Positions 49,121 through 57,602 of a stretch of DNA of 62,153 bases are shown here, in pieces; within the stretch, counting starts at the first letter, position 1; each line of letters opens with the position of its first letter. The notes under the pieces are model-generated. The model worked only from the letters and a program-made list of their open reading frames with translations. It had not been told where the DNA came from and searched no databases. The DNA lies in NCBI GenBank assembly GCA_949289785.1, contig CASEOW010000022.1:1-62153 (forward strand), in the 5' to 3' direction. Position numbers and translations under genes: made by a program. The stretch is from an uncultured Bacillota bacterium. GTDB lineage: Bacteria; Bacillota; Clostridia; Christensenellales; UBA1242.

Positions 49121-51211
49121 TTATTCATGTCGTAAAGATTCTACTGGATCGAGTTTTGCTGCTTTTGAAGCTGGGTATAATCCAGCTAAAACGCTTATTA
49201 CAACGCTTAAACCCAATGCTAACAAAATGTAATACCATTGGATTGCAATAGGAGCAAAACCAATTAATGAATTAAACATAATAGTTAAAACTCCACAAAT
49301 TATTAATGAAAGGGTTATTCCAACTACAGCACTTATAATTCCGACTAAAAGACTTTCTGTTGAAAAAATTAATTTTATATCTTTTTTTCTTGCACCAATA
49401 CTTTTTAATACACCTATTTCTCTAGTTCTTTCAGAAACACTCATATATAAAACTACAAGAATCATTATCATTGCAACAAATAGTGATATTCCTCCTATAA
49501 CAGCAAGAGCTATAGAGAAGGTTGACATCATTTCGCTAAACATTGAAGCAAGTTCTTCTTCAACAGAACCAGTTAAATCTTTTCTATTTTTAGAAATATA
49601 ATTATTAATTAAATCTGTTGTTTCTTTACTATCAGTTTTTATATAAAGATGACTTGGTCTTATACCTGTTACTGTTTGACCTTTTTCTTCTTGAGCCTGT
49701 TTTACACAATTGTCTAAATAATTGTAATCAACATACATAATTAGCATACTTGAGAAAACGGAAACATCTACTAAACCTGATATAGTTACCTCTTTATCAA
49801 TAGGAATTATTGAATTATTATAGTTAAGAGATATTTTTAAATTTACTTTTTTACCTATAGCATCTTCAGGTTTTTCTAGATTCATTAGCTTTACAATAGC
49901 ACTACTTAACATTATTTCATCATCAGCACAAATTTTGCTGTTTTCAGTTAATAATTTACTTTCATCATAATAAGGTGGGGTAGTGTATGTAGTCATAATC
50001 ATGCTTGTTTCATTTTTACCATCTTGAGTAGTGAAATTAATTGTTCCAGCTCCCATAGTAACCATTATAAATCCATAAGATAAATTACTTTCTTCGCCAT
50101 TTTCTATAACACGATAATTGTTGTTATTTATTTCTAGATGATTATTTAATTCGTTTACTATTTTAGTAATTTCTTCTTGCTCAAACATATTAGGTAATAA
50201 ACCATTGTTTTCGAGTTTATTTCCATCTCTATCTTTGCCACTTTTTGAAATAGTTGCTATTGTTGGATCTGAATAATCTTTAGCCAAATCATCAATATAT
50301 CCTGTTAGTCCACTTCCGAAAGACAACATAATAATGAGAGCTATAAGAGAAATTGAAACGCCTATAGCCATTAAAATATTTTTAACTTTACTTGCCCACA
50401 TATTATGAAAAGATAGTTTTAAAGCTGAAATGAAAGAAAGATGTTTTTCTTTTTTGCTTGAAGAAGGTTCGTTATTAGAGTTTATTGTATCTATAAGTTG
50501 TCTTGAAGTTTTTTTCTTTTGATAATTTTTAATTTTTTCATCTCTTACTATTTTGCCATCTGAAATTTCAACAACTCTAGAAGAAATAGAAGCTACCTTT
50601 TCTGAATGAGTTACCATTATTACAAGTTTACCTTCATCGTCTGCTATTTCTTTTAAAAGATTAAGTATTTGGTTTGTTGTTTCACTATCTAAAGCGCCGG
50701 TTGGTTCATCAGCAAGAATAATATCTGGGTTATTGATAAGGGCTCTTGCGATTGCTACTCTTTGTTTTTGTCCACCGGATAGTTGAGTTGGTTTTTTCTT
50801 AATATGTTCTTTTAAGCCAAGTTTAGTTAAAATTTCTATTGCACGCTTATTTTTTTCACTTTCCTTTACATTAGAAAGAGTTAAAGCTATGGTAACATTA
50901 TCTAATATAGATAAATGAGGTATTAAGTTAAAAGATTGAAATACGAATCCAATTTTCTTTTTTCGATAATCGTCAAGTTGTTTATCTTTAAAACTTTTTA
51001 AATCTTTTCCATCTATTGATATGTTTCCTTCATAATCTGAATCTAAACCGCCAATAAGATTCATAAGAGTACTTTTTCCACTGCCACTTTCTCCCATAAT
51101 TGAAACAAGTTCACCTTTTTCAAAAGAAAGATTTATATTTTCAAGTGCCTTAAATTTTGTTTTGCCTAAAGTATAATTTTTATTTACATTTTTAATTTCT
51201 AATTCAGCCAT
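49121..51211 (-). CDS. MacB-like fused ABC ATPase / FtsX-family permease
   Basis: Walker A GESGSGKST, signature LSGGQKQR and Walker B ILADEPT. These are followed by a TM helix, a large extracytoplasmic domain and the C-terminal FtsX 3-TM bundle. Confidence 0.85.
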   Translation of the reverse strand: MAELEIKNVNKNYTLGKTKFKALENINLSFEKGELVSIMGESGSGKSTLMNLIGGLDSDYEGNISIDGKDLKSFKDKQLDDYRKKKIGFVFQSFNLIPHLSILDNVTIALTLSNVKESEKNKRAIEILTKLGLKEHIKKKPTQLSGGQKQRVAIARALINNPDIILADEPTGALDSETTNQILNLLKEIADDEGKLVIMVTHSEKVASISSRVVEISDGKIVRDEKIKNYQKKKTSRQLIDTINSNNEPSSSKKEKHLSFISALKLSFHNMWASKVKNILMAIGVSISLIALIIMLSFGSGLTGYIDDLAKDYSDPTIATISKSGKDRDGNKLENNGLLPNMFEQEEITKIVNELNNHLEINNNNYRVIENGEESNLSYGFIMVTMGAGTINFTTQDGKNETSMIMTTYTTPPYYDESKLLTENSKICADDEIMLSSAIVKLMNLEKPEDAIGKKVNLKISLNYNNSIIPIDKEVTISGLVDVSVFSSMLIMYVDYNYLDNCVKQAQEEKGQTVTGIRPSHLYIKTDSKETTDLINNYISKNRKDLTGSVEEELASMFSEMMSTFSIALAVIGGISLFVAMIMILVVLYMSVSERTREIGVLKSIGARKKDIKLIFSTESLLVGIISAVVGITLSLIICGVLTIMFNSLIGFAPIAIQWYYILLALGLSVVISVLAGLYPASKAAKLDPVESLRHE

Positions 51212-51240
51212 ATTTCTCCTATTAATATTATTTGATTAAA

Positions 51241-53034
51241 TTATTCTTCTATGTTTCCATTTTCAAATTGACTTGTATATAAATCTTTATAAATTCCACC
51301 TTTCTCTAAAAGTTCATTATGATTGCCAATTTCAACTATATTACCATCTTTCATAACAATTATTTTATCAGCATTTTTAATTGTTGATAGTCTATGAGCA
51401 ATAACAAAACTTGTTCTTCCTTTTGTTAATCTATCCATTGCTGTTTGTATTAATATTTCAGTTCTTGTATCTACAGAGCTTGTTGCTTCGTCAAGAATTA
51501 GAAGGGGAGCATTTTGAATCATAGCTCTTGCAATAGTCAATAGCTGTTTTTGACCTTGAGAAATGCTTGTTTCTTCACTTAATAACATATCATAGCCATT
51601 AGGTTCTGTTCTAATGAAATGGTCAACATTTGCTAGTTTGCAAGCTTCAACAATTTCTTCATCTGTAGCATTAGGTCTTCCGAATCTTAGATTTTCTTTT
51701 ATTGTTCCTTCAAAAAGCCAAGTATCTTGTAAAACCATGCCAAACAATGAACGAACATAACTTTTATTCATATCTTTGGTAGAAATTCCGTCAATTAATA
51801 TGTCACCACTATCAATTTCATAAAAACGCATTAGTAAATTTACTATAGTAGTTTTTCCTGCACCTGTTTGCCCAACTATAGCTATTTTTTCACCAGGATT
51901 AGCAGTAAAATTAAAATCATATATTATTTGTTTATCTTTATCATAACCAAAATTGACATGTTTAAATTCAACTTTTCCTTTAACATCTTTAATAGTCAAA
52001 GATTTATTACTTTCATCTGGTTGCTCTTCTTCTTTTAAAAACTCAAAGACTCTTTCTGCTGCAGCAATTGTTGATTGTAATGTTCCCATTACTGAACCAA
52101 TTTGAGAAAGTGGTTGATTGAAGAGTTTTGAATATGTCATAAAAGTTATAATTGTTGCTAAAAAAGCCATATTATTAGTATTTATTGCTATTGAAGCTCC
52201 AACTAAACAAATTAATGCATAGATTACATTGCTTGTAAAATTTACAATAGGGTGCATAAGCCCTGAAAAAAATTGAGCTTTCATTGATGACGATCTAAGT
52301 TTGTTGTTTATTGCATCAAATTCTTTTTGTGATTTTTCTTCTCCATTAAAAGCTTTAATTACTGTATGGGCTGAATAATGTTCTTCAACATATCCATTAA
52401 TATCTCCTAAAAACTTTTGTTGTCTAACAAAATATTTTTGATTAAATTTTACGACTAAAAATACAACTAAAAGAGCAAGTGGAATTTGAAGTAAAGATAT
52501 TAAAGTGAGTTGCCAACTAATTGTAAACATTGCAATAGGAATCCCGATTATAGTAACAAAACTTGTAACTAAAGTAGACATAATTCTTTCAAGAGTTGTT
52601 CCAACTGTATCAACATCATTAGTAACTCTCGATAATACATCTCCATAACTATTTTTATCAAAATATTTTAAAGGTAATTTATTTATTTTTATAGAAATAT
52701 CAGTTCTTAATTTTTTAGATATGCCAACACTTACTTTACTCATCAAGAAACCTTGAAAATATCCAAGTATTCCAGCTACTATATACATGGATAATATTAT
52801 TATACCAAATTTAGTTACTTCACTAATTTGATATCCATTTTTATCAAAAAGCAAATTCATCATTTGGTTTAAAAATCTAGGTCCAAGAACATTTAATACA
52901 GCCGCAAAAACGGCAAAAATTAAAGCAATAATTAAAGAAAATTTATATTGCCATAGGCGCTTAAATAGTATTTTTAAAGTGCCTTTAAAATCTTTTGCTT
53001 TATGATTTGAAAAAGAAACATTTGGTCCATTCAT
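51241..53034 (-). CDS. ABC exporter, fused permease/ATPase (heterodimer partner B)
   Basis: A six-TM domain, then GQTGAGKTT, ISQGQKQL and LILDEATS. Confidence 0.9.
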   Translation of the reverse strand: MNGPNVSFSNHKAKDFKGTLKILFKRLWQYKFSLIIALIFAVFAAVLNVLGPRFLNQMMNLLFDKNGYQISEVTKFGIIILSMYIVAGILGYFQGFLMSKVSVGISKKLRTDISIKINKLPLKYFDKNSYGDVLSRVTNDVDTVGTTLERIMSTLVTSFVTIIGIPIAMFTISWQLTLISLLQIPLALLVVFLVVKFNQKYFVRQQKFLGDINGYVEEHYSAHTVIKAFNGEEKSQKEFDAINNKLRSSSMKAQFFSGLMHPIVNFTSNVIYALICLVGASIAINTNNMAFLATIITFMTYSKLFNQPLSQIGSVMGTLQSTIAAAERVFEFLKEEEQPDESNKSLTIKDVKGKVEFKHVNFGYDKDKQIIYDFNFTANPGEKIAIVGQTGAGKTTIVNLLMRFYEIDSGDILIDGISTKDMNKSYVRSLFGMVLQDTWLFEGTIKENLRFGRPNATDEEIVEACKLANVDHFIRTEPNGYDMLLSEETSISQGQKQLLTIARAMIQNAPLLILDEATSSVDTRTEILIQTAMDRLTKGRTSFVIAHRLSTIKNADKIIVMKDGNIVEIGNHNELLEKGGIYKDLYTSQFENGNIEE

Positions 53035-54788
53035 TATTTTAGTTCCTCCTTTGAAAGTTGAGATAAAGCAATTTCTCTATATACTTCACAATTTTTAAGT
53101 AAATCTTTATGTTTTCCCATTCCAACCATTTTGCCTTCATTAAGCACTATGATTTTATCTGCATTGCTAATTGTTCCAATTCTTTGAGCAACAATAACTT
53201 TTGTTGTATTTTCAAATGCTTTGTTTAAATTTTTTCTAACTATTTTGTCTGTTTTATAATCTAAAGCAGAAAAACTATCGTCAAATATTAAAATATCTGG
53301 ATTTTTTACTATAGCTCTTGCAATAGAAAGTCTTTGTTTTTGTCCACCTGACACATTTTTTCCACCTTGAGAAATTCTATGTTGTAATCCATTTTCAAAT
53401 TTATATAAAAAATTTGATTGAGATATATCTATAGCTTTTTTTATATCTTCTTCAGTTGCATTTTCGTTTCCATATTTAATATTTTCTTCAACCGTACCAC
53501 TAAAAAGAACTCCTTTTTGAGGAACATAACCAATTATATCATGCAAATCTTTCTGTTTATAATCTTTAACATTAACTCCGTTTATTAAAATTTCACCTTC
53601 TGTGCAGTCGTAGAATCTAGGAATTAAATTTATTAGTGTACTCTTGCCACTACCAGTAGAACCAATAAAAGCTATAGTTTCTCCTTGATTAACTTTAAAA
53701 GAAATATTTTCTAAAACTTTTTCATCAGCATCTGGGTACTTAAAACTAACATTTTTAAACTCTATAGTTCCCGATTCAGACATAGTAAAAATACCATCAC
53801 CATCAAAAAGAGAAAGTGGAGTGTCTAATATTTCATTTATTCTTCTTCCTGAAACAATACCTCTTGGTATAAACATAAATAGCATAGAAAGGGTAGTAAA
53901 GCTCATTATAATGAATATAGAATATTGAGTAAATGTACTCATTATTTCTAGAATACTTGGATTTTCTTTAGCTAAAAATCCTATAAACCATACTATAGCT
54001 AAAGAAGTACCTTGCATTATAAAAGATAAGCTAGGTTCTATAATAGCCATAACTTTATTTACATATAATTCTATTTTTGAAAAATGTTTATTAACTTTAT
54101 CAAATTTTTCTTCTTGTGTTTTTTCAGCACCTATAGCTCTAATAACTTTAATTCCTGTTAAGTTTTCTCTAGTAACCAAGTTTAATCCGTCAGTAGCTTT
54201 TTGAATTTTTTTAAACTTTGGAACTACTGTTGATATGATGATTATAACAAGTAAGCTTATAGCAATTACAGAAATAACATTTACCCATGATAAAGAAGAA
54301 ACACTATAACTCTTAGATATGTCAACAATATTAATAATTGCTAAAATAGCAGTTAAAGGAGCATTAATACCTAATGTAAAAAACATTGTTAATACTTGCT
54401 GAAGTTGAGTAATATCGTTTGTAGTTCTTGTTATTAATGAAGGAATTGAGAATTGATTGATTTCTTTAGAAGAAAAAGAATTAACTTTGTTAAAAATCTT
54501 GCCTCTAACTCTAGCTAATAAATTTGTAGAAATTAAAGAAGCAAGAAAATTAGCAAGAATAGCACATAAAATAACTCCTAAAGCATAACCTATCATTTCC
54601 ATACAAGTTATTACAATCTCTTTCCAATATAAAGATATATCAGGCATTCTTAAGTATTGACTAATTTCCAGTGTGCATTTAGGTAAAGAAATGTTACACC
54701 AAACTTGACCACCGACTATACCAAATGTTAATAAAATTAAAATCCATTCTTTCCAATTAAAGTATTTAAATAATTTAAACATATTCAC
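53034..54788 (-). CDS. ABC exporter, fused permease/ATPase (heterodimer partner A)
   Basis: A TM domain, then GSTGSGKST, VSGGQKQR and LIFDDSFS (degenerate Walker B/D-loop, typical of asymmetric heterodimers). Its stop overlaps the next start. Confidence 0.9.
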   Translation of the reverse strand: MNMFKLFKYFNWKEWILILLTFGIVGGQVWCNISLPKCTLEISQYLRMPDISLYWKEIVITCMEMIGYALGVILCAILANFLASLISTNLLARVRGKIFNKVNSFSSKEINQFSIPSLITRTTNDITQLQQVLTMFFTLGINAPLTAILAIINIVDISKSYSVSSLSWVNVISVIAISLLVIIIISTVVPKFKKIQKATDGLNLVTRENLTGIKVIRAIGAEKTQEEKFDKVNKHFSKIELYVNKVMAIIEPSLSFIMQGTSLAIVWFIGFLAKENPSILEIMSTFTQYSIFIIMSFTTLSMLFMFIPRGIVSGRRINEILDTPLSLFDGDGIFTMSESGTIEFKNVSFKYPDADEKVLENISFKVNQGETIAFIGSTGSGKSTLINLIPRFYDCTEGEILINGVNVKDYKQKDLHDIIGYVPQKGVLFSGTVEENIKYGNENATEEDIKKAIDISQSNFLYKFENGLQHRISQGGKNVSGGQKQRLSIARAIVKNPDILIFDDSFSALDYKTDKIVRKNLNKAFENTTKVIVAQRIGTISNADKIIVLNEGKMVGMGKHKDLLKNCEVYREIALSQLSKEELK

Positions 54789-54815
54789 TCCATATTATTT
54801 TAAAATTTGATAAAT

Positions 54816-55262
54816 TTATTGTTTTAAATTTGCAATTATTTTAGAAGAATTATCAAAAATTTGATTTATAACTTTTTTTGTTATTTCTATTTCGTTTTGT
54901 TTTAAACCATTTTTTAATCCATTTTCCCATTTTTTCAACACTTTATCTTCTAAATAATGAGCGATTTCAGTCCCGTAATTTGTCAACTCTATTTTTATAT
55001 TTCTCATTTGATGATTTGGATTTTCTTCATGAACTATTATAATGTTTTTTTCAACTAATTTTAATATAATTCTATGCGTATGAGATTTGTTACAATTAGC
55101 AAGAAGGGTAAGTTCAGTTTGTGTTTTTATTCCTTCTTTATACAATAGTTGAATAAAAAAAGCTTCAGAACTTTTTAAATCATATTTTGCAAGTTCATGG
55201 TTTAAAAACTTTTGAAAATTTTTTTTAACTAAAAAAAATCTTTTTATAATATCTTCTTTCAT
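54816..55262 (-). CDS. MarR-family transcriptional regulator
   Basis: 148 aa with winged-helix features (SSEAFFIQLLYKEGIKTQTELTLLANCNKSHTHRIILKLVEKNII). It is the first gene of the ABC exporter operon. Confidence 0.8.
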   Translation of the reverse strand: MKEDIIKRFFLVKKNFQKFLNHELAKYDLKSSEAFFIQLLYKEGIKTQTELTLLANCNKSHTHRIILKLVEKNIIIVHEENPNHQMRNIKIELTNYGTEIAHYLEDKVLKKWENGLKNGLKQNEIEITKKVINQIFDNSSKIIANLKQ

Positions 55263-55271
55263 GCACAGATA

Positions 55272-55302
55272 ATTATATGCAAAATAAGTTGATTAGTCAA
55301 CT
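55272..55302 (-). promoter_or_regulatory. marR promoter TTGACT-17-TATAAT with the 16-bp palindrome AGTTGATTAGTCAACT over the -35
   Basis: The reverse complement reads TTGACTaatcaacttattttgcaTATAATtatctgtgcATG. The palindrome is at 55287-55302. Only 9 nt separate the -10 from the ATG. Confidence 0.6.
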
Positions 55303-55347
55303 ATAAATTGTTAAAAAATAATTTTTAGATTAAATTTTAGCAAACGA

Positions 55348-55384
55348 TTGCATAGAAATAAATTATGTGCTATATTAATATAGC
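55348..55384 (+). promoter_or_regulatory. Promoter TTGCAT-17-TATATT with the perfect 16-bp palindrome GCTATATTAATATAGC over the -10
   Basis: -35 at 55348-55353, -10 at 55371-55376 and the palindrome at 55369-55384. Confidence 0.5.
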
Positions 55385-55464
55385 GTAAATGATTTTTAAA
55401 ATTGTTTATTTTGGAAAAAATAAATAAAAAATTAAATATGTTAAATTTAAATAAAGGAGATATT

Positions 55465-56406
55465 ATGTGCTTTTATAAAAATAAAGAAAAAGTTATTGAT
55501 CCAATCATTCATGATGAGGAAGCTAATTTTACTTTATCAAGTGGGGTTCATATATTAAATAAATGTCAAAATGTTTCATTAAATGGCAATGCAATTGTTT
55601 TGGAAAGTTTTAATTGCTCATTTAAAGAAATATCCGGTAAAGCAAAAGTTCAAATGATTGAAAATGGAGAAATTGATTTATTAACAGGGAAAGCTAAAAT
55701 CGGACTATTTAAAAGTGGAAGAATTACTGTTGTAAGTGGTAAAGCTGCTATTACTACTATTAATTCTTGCACAATTGATTATATTAAAGATAAAGCTACT
55801 ATTGGAACAATGAATGGGGGATTCGTAAGATTTGTCGACGGTAAAAGCGAACTTGCAACTTTAACAAATGGTGAAGTAATGTTTGTTAGAAATAAAGCTA
55901 GAATAGTTACTATGATAACAGGCAAAATTACAGGAATTGAAAATAATGCCTCTTTAGTTAGTATGTTGGATGGGGAAATAACCTATTTATTGAATGATTC
56001 TAAAGTTGGAACAATGAATAATGGTAGAATAGACCTTTTTGCTGATAATAGTGAAGTTTCTACATTTAATAATGGAAAAATTGAAGAAATGATAGGTAAA
56101 GCTATGATTTCAGCTAATATGAATGGTGAAATAGGTTATCAAGATAAACAAACTATAATTCTTTATTCTCCACAAGAAAGTGCTAAAAGAATGGAAGAAT
56201 ATAGGCAAGAAAAACAAAACTTAGATAAAACTGAGATTGAAAACAAAGAGGAAGAGATACAAGAAGTTAAAGAGGAAGTTAAAACTGAAGAACAGGAAAA
56301 TGTAGACACAAATCAAAATAATAATACAAAATCAAAGAAAACAAAATCTTCAAATAAAAAATCTAAACAACTATTAATAGATGATAATGGAAATATAGAT
56401 GGTTAG
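55465..56406 (+). CDS. Repeat protein with about eleven 17-residue GKAxIxxMxNGxIxxxx units (beta-helix/bactofilin-like) and a charged low-complexity tail
   Basis: AAAGGAG RBS before the ATG at 55465. The repeats run from about 55590 to 56150. The C-terminus is E/K/N-rich. Confidence 0.6.
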   Translation: MCFYKNKEKVIDPIIHDEEANFTLSSGVHILNKCQNVSLNGNAIVLESFNCSFKEISGKAKVQMIENGEIDLLTGKAKIGLFKSGRITVVSGKAAITTINSCTIDYIKDKATIGTMNGGFVRFVDGKSELATLTNGEVMFVRNKARIVTMITGKITGIENNASLVSMLDGEITYLLNDSKVGTMNNGRIDLFADNSEVSTFNNGKIEEMIGKAMISANMNGEIGYQDKQTIILYSPQESAKRMEEYRQEKQNLDKTEIENKEEEIQEVKEEVKTEEQENVDTNQNNNTKSKKTKSSNKKSKQLLIDDNGNIDG

Positions 56407-56462
56407 GATAAGACAAGTTAAATTATAATTCTGAAACATATTAAATTTAATAAAAAGATATA

Positions 56463-56492
56463 CTTTAAGCACCACTTGAATGGTGCTTAAAG
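56463..56492 (+). terminator. Perfect 12-bp hairpin (weak T-run)
   Basis: CTTTAAGCACCA-cttgaa-TGGTGCTTAAAG, followed by TTTG only. Confidence 0.45.
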
Positions 56493-56517
56493 TTTGTAAA
56501 AGGAAGTAAATGTAAAA

Positions 56518-57540
56518 ATGAATATTTTTTTGGATCAACTTTTAGATTCTTTAATTGATACATTATATATAGTACCTATATTATATCTTGCTTACTTATT
56601 AGTAAGTTATTTTTCTCATAATGATAATGAAAAATACTCAAAAATATTACATAAAACAAGGAAAGCAGGTCCTGCTATTGGTGCTTTTTTAGGTTGTATT
56701 CCACAATGTGGATTTTCTTCTTTAATGAGTCAACTTTATTCAAAAAAAATAATTACTTTTGGAACACTTCTAGCGGTTTTTATAGCAACAAGTGATGAAG
56801 CTATACCATTAATGATAGCAAGACCAGAATTTATTCCAAATCTTTTAATTTTAATAGCAATAAAGGTTGTGTATGCTATATTAATTGGTTATATTTTAGA
56901 TGGTACTTATAGGTTGATAACAAGAAAAAAACCAAAGCTTAACGATTACCATGATATACATGAGCATACTGAAGTTATAACTAATAGTGACAATAATCAA
57001 ACTTTTAAAGAAGAGTTGACAGAATCTCAACATGAAGAATTTCATATTCAAGAAGAGCATCATCATGAAAGTAAATTTAAGTGTCATCATGCACATGAAG
57101 AAGAGCATGGTCATGATCATACACATGGGCATTGTTGTGCAACAAATATATTCCTTGATGCGTTACAACATACCGCAATAATTGTTGCTTATGTTTTTGT
57201 AGCTACTTTGATAATTAATTTAATAAAAGGTTATGCTGGTGGGCTAGAACCTTTACAAAAGTTTTTTTCAAATAATGTATATTTGCAAATTTTATTGTCT
57301 TGTTTAATAGGATTAATTCCAAATTGCGCTTCTTCAGTATTTTTAGTTGAATTATATATGGAGGGAGTGTTATTGTTTCCAGCTTTAGTAGCTGGATTAT
57401 CTGCAGGAGCTGGTATTGGACTTATTGTTTTATATACTACAAATTATAAGAAAGTTGGAGTAAATATATTCATTACAGTGTTGTTATATGTTTTAGCTTT
57501 TATAATTGGTATAATAACTAATTTTATACCTATTTGGTGA
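56518..57540 (+). CDS. Polytopic permease resembling the ArsP_2 putative heavy-metal/manganese exporter family, with a His-rich loop
   Basis: The N-terminus has GAFLGCIPQCGFSS and the second half has GLIPNCASSVF. The central loop is HEEFHIQEEHHHESKFKCHHAHEEEHGHDHTHGHCC. Confidence 0.55.
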   Translation: MNIFLDQLLDSLIDTLYIVPILYLAYLLVSYFSHNDNEKYSKILHKTRKAGPAIGAFLGCIPQCGFSSLMSQLYSKKIITFGTLLAVFIATSDEAIPLMIARPEFIPNLLILIAIKVVYAILIGYILDGTYRLITRKKPKLNDYHDIHEHTEVITNSDNNQTFKEELTESQHEEFHIQEEHHHESKFKCHHAHEEEHGHDHTHGHCCATNIFLDALQHTAIIVAYVFVATLIINLIKGYAGGLEPLQKFFSNNVYLQILLSCLIGLIPNCASSVFLVELYMEGVLLFPALVAGLSAGAGIGLIVLYTTNYKKVGVNIFITVLLYVLAFIIGIITNFIPIW

Positions 57541-57547
57541 AAATTAG

Positions 57548-57576
57548 TTGACAAAATGGACATACTAGTTTAGAAT
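57548..57576 (+). promoter_or_regulatory. Promoter TTGACA-17-TAGAAT for the Rho-like gene
   Basis: -35 at 57548-57553 and -10 at 57571-57576. An AAGGAG RBS follows. Confidence 0.6.
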
Positions 57577-57602
57577 TTTATTACTCAAGGAGATTTTTAC
57601 AA

